64,000 bases of DNA from an uncultured Chloroflexia bacterium (GTDB lineage: Bacteria; Chloroflexota; Dehalococcoidia; Dehalococcoidales; UBA2162), in contig CAVUYC010000030.1 of assembly GCA_963745605.1 (NCBI GenBank), forward strand, positions 22,661 to 86,660. Reading direction: 5' to 3'. Within the stretch, counting starts at the first letter, position 1; every line of letters begins with the position of its first letter. The translations under genes and the position numbers were made by a program. Below the pieces are notes generated by a model that saw only the letters and a list, made by a program, of their open reading frames with translations, was not told where the DNA came from and did no database searches. Of this stretch, positions 55,288 through 64,000 are shown in pieces.

Positions 55288-56528
55288 ATGGCTATGATAT
55301 TCCTCATGAGGCGTTCTCTGAGACAACAGGCTGAGGGTCCGCCCGGGACCTCGAAACCCCGCGGTCATGCAAGCCTTCACACACTCAATCACGATCTGGT
55401 TGAGCGTATTAAGGAACTGAACTGTCTCTACGGGATCTCCAGACTTGTTGAACTCGATCTCCCGCTTGGCCAGTTCCTCCAGGGAGTCGCTGACCTCTTG
55501 CCCGCTGCCTGGCAATACCCTGACGTCACCACGTCCAGAATTCGACTTCGAAACAAGGAGTATGTAAGTCAGGGCTTTTCCGAAGGAACGTGGAAGCAGT
55601 CCGAGTACATTTCCGTCCGGGGGAGACGTTCGGGTAGCCTTGAACTCTTCTACACCCGGAAAAAGCCAGTTGAGGATGAGGGACCATTTCTCAAGGAGGA
55701 GAGGTACCTTCTCCACGGAGTCGCAGAACGCCTCGGACACATTATCGAGGCCAAAGATGCCGAGGCCGCCCTGAGGAAGGTGTATGCCCGAGAGAAGCAT
55801 CTTCGAAGTACACTCGAGCGCGAAATGCAGAGTAGGGTTGAGCTCACGCGCCAACTCGTGCATGAGCTCAAAACGCCCTTGACATCTCTCCTGGCAACGA
55901 GTCAGCTTCTGTCAGAGGAGACGCGGGGCACCAGGCTCTCGAAGCTGGCCGGCTATGTCCTGGACGGGGCTGCCCGTTTAAACTCTAGAATTGATGAACT
56001 TCATGACATCACAAAAGGCGAATTGGGCAAACTGAAGCTGGAACCCATGGCGTTCCGTTTGGAGGCCCTTCTGACTTCGGTGGCGGAAGAGACCAGGGCG
56101 TTCGCTGCCAGCAATGGAGTCTCCGTGTCTCTCGGATTACCTTGTGAGAACCTACCCGAGGTCTATGCCGACGTTGAGCGAGTAAGACAAGTGATGCTTA
56201 ATCTCATTAACAATGCCTGCAAGTATGCATCCTCAGGTAGAAGGATTGACGTCGTCGCCCGAAACCCAGACGACCTCCCATACGTGCTCATAGAAGTACG
56301 GGACTACGGTCCTGGGATCGGCAGTCGCAGAATGAAAACTTGTTCAAGCCGGGCTATCTAAACTCGGCGTCCGAGTCGGCTGGAGGACTCGGCATCGGAC
56401 TGGCCCTCTGTAAACTACTCATCGAACTCCACGGAGGCAGAATGTGGGCCGAAAGCGCCGAAGAGAAAGGTACCAGCATCTATTTCACTCTTCCCTTGAA
56501 GGTCGAAAATGAAGATACTCGCGATTGA
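55288..56528 (+). pseudogene. Sensor histidine kinase, frame broken once near the G-box
   Basis: H-box [11 protein letters not shown] and N-box NLINNACKY in ORF 55078..56361. G2 box GGLGIGLALCKLLIELHGG in ORF 56340..56528. The frames join if one base is added in 56318..56330. The N-terminal start is uncertain (ATG 55288, 55294 or 55306). Confidence 0.85.
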
Positions 56529-57283
56529 AGACGATCAAAGTATCATAGATGCTCTGGGTGTTGCCTTCGAGTTTCGTTGGCCGGAGGCGACCCTCGTCTC
56601 GGCAAAGACAGGCAGAGAAGGCATTGATCTGGTGCGGAACGAGCACCCTGATATAGTTTTGCTCGACATCAATCTGCCCGATACAACCGGCTTCAGAGTT
56701 CTCAAGTCCGTCAGGGAATTCTCAAGTGTTCCCATTATCATTCTGACTGTCAGGTCGGACGATACTGACCAGTTGCGTGGTCTCGAGGGCGGGGCAGACG
56801 ACTATATCACCAAGCCATTTGACTATCTGATGCTCTTGGCCCGTGTCAAGGCTGTATTGCGAAGGGCTCAGGCGCCATCAATCCGTCGAAGTCAGAAAGT
56901 CTCTGTCAGCCACCGATTGAAGGTCGACTTCGTGAACCAGAAGGTTGCTGTAGACGAAAAGAATGTGAAACTGACTCCTGTGGAATATCGCCTTCTCGTT
57001 CTCCTCGTAAAACACAAGAACATGGTTGTGCCATATTCGGAGATCGCCGATGAGGTCTGGGAGGGCCCGTTTGACGGGGACACGCGGCAATATCCGGATC
57101 TATGCTCGCCGACTTAGAAATAAACTCGGCGATAGGCCTCCAAGCATGATTATCAACCGTCATGGCTCCGGATACCTCTTTCGCGGGTTAGCCATGCCCA
57201 CGGAATTCGACAGGGACACAATGTGGCAAGCTGACTTGGCAACCGTTTGCCTGGTACTTGAGCCGGTCAGTGCGGCATATTGA
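56509..57283 (+). pseudogene. OmpR-family response regulator, frame broken once in the winged helix
   Basis: Receiver domain (MKILAIEDD, DIVLLDINLPD) in ORF 56509..57117. Winged-helix end NIRIYARRLRNKL...GSGYLFRG in ORF 57026..57283. Joined by removing one G at 57086..57087. Confidence 0.88.
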
Positions 57284-57403
57284 TCGAATCCGTTCTGGTC
57301 TCGATTTGTTACATTACGGCAACAAAGTGACATATTTGACATTATATGTCGGGTGGAGTAGTCTTTCAGCGCGACCGGAAATCGGTTGCCGAAGGGGAGT
57401 ATC

Positions 57404-58417
57404 TTGAGCTTCGAACGAAGGGACGTGGACCGCAAAATCCTATCAATTCTTAAGGTGCTCCAGAGTGAGCAGGAACCGCTTGGTGGTCGGTTGATTGCCC
57501 AAAAATTGAAAGCCCATGGTGTTAACCTGAGCGAGCGCGCTGTGCGCTACCATCTGAAACTCACCGACGAACGCGGCCTCACGAAGTTGATGGCAAGTCA
57601 CGACGGTAGGCTCCTCACAGATAAAGGGCTTGCTGAGATCGGCAGTGCCCTGGTCAAAGACAAGGTCGGCTACGCGATTACCAAAATTGAACTCCTGGCT
57701 TTCCGCACTACCTTCGACTATCGGACTCGCAAAGGCAACGTACCGCTGAACGTCTCGTTCTTTTCCGAATCCCAATTTACGTCTGCCTTGATAGCTATGA
57801 AGCCAGCTTTTGATGCTGGATTCTGCGTCAGCCAGTTGGTTGCCTTAGGTCGCGCCGGGGATCGCATGGGTGATCTGATCGTTCCTCAAGGGCAAATCGG
57901 TCTGGGTACTGTGTGTAGCATTGTCATCAACGGCGCTTTGCTGAAAGCAGGTCTGCCAATGGATTCGCGATTCAGTGGAACTCTCCAGTTCAACAATCGA
58001 AAGCCGACAAGGTTCACTCAGATTATTCACTATGACGGGTGTTCCCTTGATCCTACTGAGATCTTCATCAAGGCCAAGATGACGTCGGTAAGCGACACTA
58101 TTTCTGGAGGCGCTGGGGAAATTCTTGCCAACTTCAGGGAAGTACCTGGAATCTGTAGACCTCTCCTTCAGGAGGTTTGCTCTGGCTTGGAGGAAGCCGG
58201 AATAGGTGGGGTGATTGCTCTAGGAGAGACTAGCGAGCCTGTGTGCGAGGTTTCGGTCGAACCCAACAAGGTAGGCCTTGTTCTCGTAGGGGGACTGAAC
58301 CCGGTTGCGGCGGCCCAGGAAATGGGTATCGAAGCCGAGAATCACAGCATGTCTACCGTGGTAAGTTATTCGGACCTCATCAAGTTTGCTGACTTGGTCA
58401 GCAAAGCTCGTTCTTGA
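57404..58417 (+). CDS. nrpR: NrpR-like regulator (winged HTH plus one DUF128/NrpR domain)
   Basis: ILSILKVL...PLGGRLIAQKLKAHGVNLSERAVRYHLKLTDERGLT...GRLLTDKG matches the archaeal nitrogen repressor N-terminus, followed by a single NrpR regulatory domain. The start is uncertain: TTG 57404 behind GGGGAG, or TTG 57386. Confidence 0.78.
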   Translation: MSFERRDVDRKILSILKVLQSEQEPLGGRLIAQKLKAHGVNLSERAVRYHLKLTDERGLTKLMASHDGRLLTDKGLAEIGSALVKDKVGYAITKIELLAFRTTFDYRTRKGNVPLNVSFFSESQFTSALIAMKPAFDAGFCVSQLVALGRAGDRMGDLIVPQGQIGLGTVCSIVINGALLKAGLPMDSRFSGTLQFNNRKPTRFTQIIHYDGCSLDPTEIFIKAKMTSVSDTISGGAGEILANFREVPGICRPLLQEVCSGLEEAGIGGVIALGETSEPVCEVSVEPNKVGLVLVGGLNPVAAAQEMGIEAENHSMSTVVSYSDLIKFADLVSKARS

Positions 58418-58495
58418 ACTAGCGACTCTAATTGGCACTCCGTCCGGGGAGGACGCAGATCTGCCCGGCTGGAAATAACTGAACAGGAGCAAGTA

Positions 58496-60088
58496 TTGAA
58501 CTTACAACGCCCGAATTCTAATGAGGCGACTCGGACTGCGAACAGGTCGAGAAGCGTAGTCCCCTCAAGCGGAATATGCACCCGATGCATTGATGGATGC
58601 ACGGGGAACTGCGAACTCTTTAAGGCAACGTTCCGCGGCCGCGAGTTGATCTATCCCGGCCCCTTTGGCGAGATTACTGCCGGAGGAGACAAGGATTATC
58701 CCATAGACTATTCGCACCTCAATATTCAAGGCTATGCACTCGGGGCGCGCGGTCTTCCCAAAGGGGTCAAAGGAGATCCCGACACGGCGACGTTCCCGTC
58801 TGTCAATACCGAAACCGAATACGGATGGGACAAGAAAGTTAAGATGAAGGTCCCGGCCTTCACCGGAGCGCTCGGTTCGACCGAGATAGCTCGTAAGAAC
58901 TGGGAGCATTTCGCCATAGGAGCGGCTCTGGCAGGGGTTACCCTCGTTTGCGGTGAGAACGTATGCGGAATAGACCCCCAGCTTGAACGCGATTCCAACG
59001 GGAAGGTAACCAATTCCCCGGACATGGACCGGCGCATCGAGACCTATCGGCGTTATCACCAGGGCTACGGAGAGATCCTGGTTCAGATGAACGTTGAGGA
59101 TACTCGCCTCGGAGTTGCCGAATATGTAGCTAAGAAACACCAGCTCGACACCATCGAGCTTAAGTGGGGCCAGGGTGCCAAGTGTATCGGCGGCGAAATC
59201 AAGGTGAACAGCCTGGAACGCGCCCTTGAGCTGCAAAAGCGCGGCTACATCGTTACTCCCGACCCTTCCAACCCTGTGAACCAGGAAGCATTCAAGAAAG
59301 GGGCAATCAAGGAATTCGAGCGCCACAGTCGCCTCGGCTTCATCGACGAGGAAGGCTTCTACAAAGAGGTCAGGCGGCTCAGGAACGTTGGCTTCAAGAG
59401 AATCACCCTGAAGACTGGCGCCTACAGCCTGAGAGAACTTGCCATGGCTCTGAAGTGGAGCTCGAAGGCCAAGATTGATCTTTTGACCATTGATGGATCG
59501 TCCGGCGGAACCGGCATGAGCCCATGGCGCATGATGGAGGAGTGGGGTGTCCCGAGCTTGTACCTCCACTCTGCTGCTTACGAGTTCGCCAAGCATTTGG
59601 CGGATAGAGGCGAGAGAGTCCCAGACCTGGCGTTCGCCGGTGGGTTTAGCAGCGAAGACGGCATTTTCAAGGCACTTGCTTTGGGAGCTCCCTTCGTCAA
59701 GGCCGTCTGCATGGGGCGTGCCTTCATGATTCCTGGCATGGTGGGAAAGAACTTCAAACAGTGGCTCGCCGACGGGAAGCTACCCCAGACTGTGTCTCAG
59801 TTTGGGTCTTCACCGGAGGAAATCTTTGTCAATTGGGCGGATGTAAAGAATATCGTTGGCGCGGATGCCATGAAGGACATTCCCTATGGCGCCATCGGTT
59901 TCTACAGCGTCGCACAGAAGCTCAAGGTTGGCCTCCAGCAACTTATGGCTGGCTCCAGGGCTTTCAGCGTTCCTGCGGTCACTCGTCGCGAACTAATGTC
60001 GCTGACTGATGAGTGCGCCAAGGTCACAGGAATCCCCTATCTCATGAACGCTTACCGCGAAGAGGCCATTTCGGTTCTCAATAGCTAA
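58496..60088 (+). CDS. Glutamate-synthase-related FMN-binding protein (GltB domain-2 type, stand-alone)
   Basis: N-terminal Cys cluster CTRCIDGCTGNC. TIM-barrel motifs IELKWGQGAK, LTIDGSSGGTGMSP, GGFSSEDGIFKALALGA. TTG start behind AGGAG. Confidence 0.88.
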   Translation: MNLQRPNSNEATRTANRSRSVVPSSGICTRCIDGCTGNCELFKATFRGRELIYPGPFGEITAGGDKDYPIDYSHLNIQGYALGARGLPKGVKGDPDTATFPSVNTETEYGWDKKVKMKVPAFTGALGSTEIARKNWEHFAIGAALAGVTLVCGENVCGIDPQLERDSNGKVTNSPDMDRRIETYRRYHQGYGEILVQMNVEDTRLGVAEYVAKKHQLDTIELKWGQGAKCIGGEIKVNSLERALELQKRGYIVTPDPSNPVNQEAFKKGAIKEFERHSRLGFIDEEGFYKEVRRLRNVGFKRITLKTGAYSLRELAMALKWSSKAKIDLLTIDGSSGGTGMSPWRMMEEWGVPSLYLHSAAYEFAKHLADRGERVPDLAFAGGFSSEDGIFKALALGAPFVKAVCMGRAFMIPGMVGKNFKQWLADGKLPQTVSQFGSSPEEIFVNWADVKNIVGADAMKDIPYGAIGFYSVAQKLKVGLQQLMAGSRAFSVPAVTRRELMSLTDECAKVTGIPYLMNAYREEAISVLNS

Positions 60089-60106
60089 CGGCTTCAACTA
60101 AGCATC

Positions 60107-60142
60107 GAACGGGCGGACTATGTCGTCCGCCCGTTCCTTTTC
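60107..60142 (+). terminator. Intrinsic terminator
   Basis: GAACGGGCGGAC-TATGTC-GTCCGCCCGTTC followed by CTTTTC. Confidence 0.75.
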
Positions 60143-60194
60143 GTCAAATTGATGCCAAATCGGCAGAATTTGCCTTTGCCGCTGAGCGTTCGCG

Positions 60195-60203
60195 TGCTAT
60201 AAT
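60195..60203 (+). promoter_or_regulatory. Candidate extended -10 (TGCTATAAT) of the pyr operon
   Basis: Lies 42 nt upstream of the PyrR-binding-loop motif. Confidence 0.5.
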
Positions 60204-60245
60204 GTCCGAAACTGAATACGTAGTCCACCATATTACCTTTAAGTT

Positions 60246-60326
60246 GGTCCAGCGAGGCTAGCAAGGGGGTGAGCAAGTTCTTAACGTCGATTAGGAAAAC
60301 CTCTTGCAGCCTGCAAGAGGTTTTTT
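60246..60326 (+). promoter_or_regulatory. PyrR-dependent attenuator (binding loop plus terminator)
   Basis: GGTCCAGCGAGGCT (60246..60259) matches the PyrR site RGUCCAGAGAGGCU at all but one position. Terminator CCTCTTGCA-GCC-TGCAAGAGG + TTTTTT at 60300..60326. Confidence 0.7.
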
Positions 60327-60327
60327 A

Positions 60328-60951
60328 GTGTCCGAGAAGACTGTTATGACTGGCGAGGACGTGCGGCGGAGCCTGGCGCGCATCGCACACGAGATAATCG
60401 AGCGTAATCCCAATGTGGAGAATCTGATTCTCGTCGGCATGAAGACAAGGGGCGTTCCCTTGGCGTGCCGCCTTTCTGCTAACCTGCTGAGGTTCGAAAA
60501 TATCCAGGTTCCCGTCGGCGCCCTTGATATCAGCTTTTATCGAGATGATCTTCCCGTGCACACCCGAGCGCAGGCGGACGCCAGTTCCAAACCTCACCCC
60601 GTCCTCAATGGAACCGAGAATCCCGTCCGCGTGGCAGGCAAGTCAGTAGTACTGGTGGACGACGTTCTCTATACGGGTCGCAGCACTCGAGCAGCGCTTG
60701 ATGCGCTGATAGATTTGGGGAGACCTGAGTCGATTCAACTTGCAGTTCTTATCGATCGTGGCCATCGCGAATTGCCGATCCGTCCCGATTTTGTTGGGAA
60801 GAATATCCCCACGTCGAGAGACGAAGAGATTAGAGTAAGAGTCCTCGAGACCGATATGGTCGACGAAGTCGTTATCGTCAAGAAGGATGACCCTGGCCTT
60901 GAATTAGCCGGGCTTAGGCCCGCTGCGAAGGCGAAGGGAGAAGCGCGATGA
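60328..60951 (+). CDS. pyrR: Bifunctional pyrimidine operon regulator / uracil phosphoribosyltransferase PyrR
   Basis: GTG start gives [27 protein letters not shown], collinear with known PyrR N-termini. PRPP motif [16 protein letters not shown]. Confidence 0.92.
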   Translation: MSEKTVMTGEDVRRSLARIAHEIIERNPNVENLILVGMKTRGVPLACRLSANLLRFENIQVPVGALDISFYRDDLPVHTRAQADASSKPHPVLNGTENPVRVAGKSVVLVDDVLYTGRSTRAALDALIDLGRPESIQLAVLIDRGHRELPIRPDFVGKNIPTSRDEEIRVRVLETDMVDEVVIVKKDDPGLELAGLRPAAKAKGEAR

Positions 60952-62366
60952 GCCTGGACAAGAGAAGCATTGTTACCATCGACGATCTTTCATCGTCAGA
61001 GATGGAGTCTCTCTTCGACCTGGCCGATGGCATGGCCTCTGAAAGAGACAAGCAGTTCGGCCTCTGTCAGGGAAAGATAATGGCCAGCCTCTTCTTCGAA
61101 CCGAGTACCAGGACAAGATTGTCTTTTGAGTCCGCGATGAACCGGCTTGGTGGAAGGGTCATCAGTGTGACCGATCCCAATGCGACTTCGCTGTCAAAAG
61201 GTGAGAGTCTTGCCGACATGGCGAGAATCGTCGGTGCCTATGCCGACATCATAGTTGTCCGACATCCCTGGGAAGGCGCTGCGCGGGTCATTGCCGACTA
61301 TTCTGGTGTGCCTGTGATAAATGGTGGCGATGGCGGGCACCAGCACCCGACTCAAACCCTTTGTGACCTCTACACGCTTCGCAAGGAAAAGGGACCCATT
61401 AACGGGCTGAAGATCGCTCTATGGGGAGACCTTAAGTACGGGAGAACTATACATTCCCTCATCTTCGCGCTGGCCAAATTTGGGGCCGATATCTTGTTCT
61501 GTCCGAGCCCGGGCCTCGAAGTTCCTGATCATGTCATCAAGAAGCTCATCGGTGAGTATGGCGGAGAGGTAAAGAAGGCCTCGGCGCCTCCGGCTCCCGG
61601 CAACACGTCTGACATCGGCGTGAAAGCGATCCCTCTCGATGCTATTTACATCACGCCTACCAGCCCGCACCAGCTCGCGATGGTGCCGGGAGTTGATGTC
61701 GAGGTGGAGCTCAAATCCGGGGTGGATGCTCTGTACGTGACCCGCCCGCAGAAAGAGCGCTTTTCAGCGAGGGAAGCCGAACTGAATCTTAAGAAGGACT
61801 ACCCCGTAGTCAACAAGGAGCTTCTTAAAGGCAAGGCTTTCAAGAAGTCCATGGTGATGCACCCCTTGCCTCGCGTTGATGAACTGGCTTACGAACTGGA
61901 TGCCGATCCAAGAAGCCGCTATTTTAGACAGGCGGAACTCGGAGTCCCAGTGAGGATGGCGTTACTTGCCGCCTTGCTTGGGGTCAAGAATATTGAAACG
62001 GCCGATGGGGTTGCCTCCACCAGTTTCCCGTTATACCAGCACGATACCGATCTTCAGTGTCCCAATCCCAGGTGTGTTACCCGCCAGCCAAGCGAGGCAA
62101 ATTACATCCGGTCCAAATTCCGGATCGTTGATGCGGCTCCGGTCACTTTGCGCTGTGTCTACTGTGAGCATGGCTTCGAGCCCAAGTACATAGCTAGCTC
62201 TGATTGGCATCAGGGAATGGTGGAAAACAAAAGATACCATCGTGCCAACAGTCATCTGGGCAGGCAAATAAAGCCCGAGAATCTCGTCGTCTTCGACACG
62301 GCTGAGCAGGCTGAGGCGCATGGCTATAAGCCTGGGCAGTATTCTCGTTTGGGGTCGGAGAAATGA
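60948..62366 (+). CDS. pyrB: Aspartate carbamoyltransferase catalytic chain fused to a PyrI-type zinc domain and a C-terminal tail
   Basis: STRTR, HPTQ, HPLPR. The C-terminal extension has CPNPRCVT...LRCVYCEH (PyrI zinc-domain pattern), then [42 protein letters not shown] overlap with pyrR. Confidence 0.9.
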   Translation: MSLDKRSIVTIDDLSSSEMESLFDLADGMASERDKQFGLCQGKIMASLFFEPSTRTRLSFESAMNRLGGRVISVTDPNATSLSKGESLADMARIVGAYADIIVVRHPWEGAARVIADYSGVPVINGGDGGHQHPTQTLCDLYTLRKEKGPINGLKIALWGDLKYGRTIHSLIFALAKFGADILFCPSPGLEVPDHVIKKLIGEYGGEVKKASAPPAPGNTSDIGVKAIPLDAIYITPTSPHQLAMVPGVDVEVELKSGVDALYVTRPQKERFSAREAELNLKKDYPVVNKELLKGKAFKKSMVMHPLPRVDELAYELDADPRSRYFRQAELGVPVRMALLAALLGVKNIETADGVASTSFPLYQHDTDLQCPNPRCVTRQPSEANYIRSKFRIVDAAPVTLRCVYCEHGFEPKYIASSDWHQGMVENKRYHRANSHLGRQIKPENLVVFDTAEQAEAHGYKPGQYSRLGSEK

Positions 62367-63641
62367 AGGCATCTCTGATAGTCAACGGCCGAATTTTCGA
62401 TCCCGGCCAAGGAATCGACGAAGTCGGCGATGTGTTGCTCGTTGATGGGCATGTCGCGGGGTTGGGGCGAAGACTCGTCACGCAGAGTGACGCCGAAGTG
62501 TTCGATGCATCGGGAAAGGTTGTTTGTCCGGGTTTCATCGACCTGCATTGTCATTTGAGAGAACCCGGCTTTGAACAGAAAGAGACCATTTCCACAGGGA
62601 CCAGAGCGGCGGCGCGCGGTGGTTTTACCACCATCTGCTGCATGCCCAATACGAGTCCCGCGATAGATTCGCTGTCAACGGTCGCTTTGATTCAGAGAAA
62701 GGCAGCGGCTGACGGCGCAGCAAGGGTTGTTCCCGTGGCAGCGGTTACTAGGGGAAGACTCGGCAAGCATCTGACGCTCATGGCGTCTCTGGCCGAAAAA
62801 GGGATCCTCGGATTTAGCGACGATGGAGACCCTGTGAGAGATGAGAAGATGATCCGCGGGGCGCTTCTGCAAACCAAAAAGCTTGGACTGCCGGTAATTG
62901 ACCACTGCGAAGATCCAGTCGGAGGGCCGCCGGCAGGTGAAGTCAGGATTGTCGCCCGTGATCTCAGGTTGGCTGAAGAGACTGGGGGATGGGTTCACAT
63001 CGCTCACGTCAGCGCCGCCGAATCGGCGGGTGAAATCCGGAAAGCTAAAGCCAGAGGAGTGCGTGTGACCGCTGAGGTCACCCCGCATCATCTGACTCTC
63101 ACTGATGTCGAGACCCAAGGATCAAAGAACACAATGGCGAAGGTGAACCCTCCGCTGAGGACTGACTTTGATCGAAGGGCGATGGTCGCTGCCTTGAAGG
63201 AAGGCACGATCGACGTTATTGCTACAGACCATGCTCCCCATACGCTTGCCGACAAGCAGAAGGATTTCGCTGCGGCGGCATCAGGCATCAGTTCTTTCGA
63301 GACTGCATTTGGGTCCCTTTTCGGCCTTGTGATTTCCAACGAGCTAACACTGGCCGAATTGATACAGAGATTGACAGCTGATCCGGGCGCGTATCCTGGC
63401 CGGTCGTTTTGGCAAGATCGGTTCTCTCGCCATCGGTTCGTTGGGGGACATCTGCATACTGGATCTGGCATGTCAGTGGATTGTCTCCCCGGAAATGTTT
63501 ATTTCTAAAGGGAAGAATACGCCCCTGGCAGGGCGGAAGATGGTCGGCCGCGTAGTTGCGACTTTTGCTGAGGGGAAGCTTGAACAGTTTGGACGACCTG
63601 TGCTCGAGGCTGGTCTGGCGAGCGAAGGCGTGGCCCTGTAA
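62363..63641 (+). pseudogene. pyrC: Dihydroorotase, frame broken once
   Basis: GFIDLHCHLREPG, CMPNT, DHAPH. ORF 62363..63508 and ORF 63441..63641 join if one G is removed from the GGG at 63385..63387, giving TADPARILAGRFGKIGSLAIGSLGDICILD. Confidence 0.88.
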
Positions 63642-63684
63642 ATCAAAGCGCAAGTCGGTTGACGGTCGGAGAGAATAGCGGGCA

Positions 63685-64000
63685 ATGAGTAAGGAGGGAA
63701 TCCTCGTTCTTGCGGACGGTTCGGTCTACGAAGGCCAGTGTTTCGGCGCTGAGACCGACGCGTACGGCGAGGTCGTTTTTAATACCAGCATGACGGGCTA
63801 TCAGGAGATGCTGACGGATCCTTCGTACGCCGGGCAAATCGTTGTTCCAACCTACCCCCTTATCGGGAACTATGGGATCAATACGGAAGATGTCGAGTCC
63901 GGCCGGATACAGGGTACGCGGCTTTGTTGTCAGAGAAGAGTGTATAGATCCGAGTCATTTCCAGAACTCGAAGAAGGTTCATGGATACCTGTTCGAGAGC
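63685..64000 (+). pseudogene. carA: Carbamoyl-phosphate synthase small subunit (5' part, runs off the window), frame broken once
   Basis: [22 protein letters not shown]...[27 protein letters not shown](P)TYPLIGNYG. After SGRIQ the expected [16 protein letters not shown] continues in the +1 frame; there is an extra G in the GGG at 63912..63914. Confidence 0.85.

Noticed and set aside
58565-59596. 343-aa minus-strand ORF
   Set aside because: It is antisense to the glutamate-synthase-like gene, with no recognisable motif. It is a shadow ORF.
60304-60327. TTG start for pyrR given by the ORF track
   Set aside because: That start lies inside the attenuator terminator stem. The GTG at 60328 has an SD at proper spacing and gives an N-terminus collinear with known PyrR proteins.

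Overview
This is a 64-kb chromosomal segment, about 55-60% GC by eye. The gene content looks Chloroflexota-like: monoderm-style lipoprotein cytochrome, corrinoid-salvage operon, archaeal-type NrpR. That taxonomic call is inference only. I support about 60 protein genes, one tRNA-Cys, one cobalamin riboswitch, one PyrR attenuator, several intrinsic terminators and a recurring extended -10 promoter motif (TGnTAnAAT). I found no rRNA, CRISPR array, IS element or prophage. Housekeeping genes include lysC, gyrA, proA, prfA-prmC, msrPQ, ispH, plsC, an EF-G paralogue, cysteine synthase, etfBA, rph and pyrR-pyrB-pyrC-carA. I could not identify a clear-cut new multi-gene system. The more unusual blocks are: (1) a low-GC PLD(HKD) nuclease with two zinc ribbons beside a repeat cluster at the left edge; (2) a decaheme MtrC/OmcA-like lipoprotein cytochrome divergent from a Rieske protein; (3) a tightly coupled FTR1-FeoB-Cys-rich peptide-DtxR operon downstream of fur, with shared candidate operators; (4) a riboswitch-controlled cobTSCU operon next to a B12-radical-SAM gene; (5) an NrpR-like regulator upstream of an FMN-only glutamate-synthase-like gene; (6) a PyrB fused to a PyrI zinc domain. 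GTG/TTG starts and 4-nt start/stop overlaps are frequent. Nine otherwise intact genes are split by single-base frame shifts, including the essential pyrC and carA. Most shifts sit at short G/C runs, which points to assembly indels rather than real pseudogenes.
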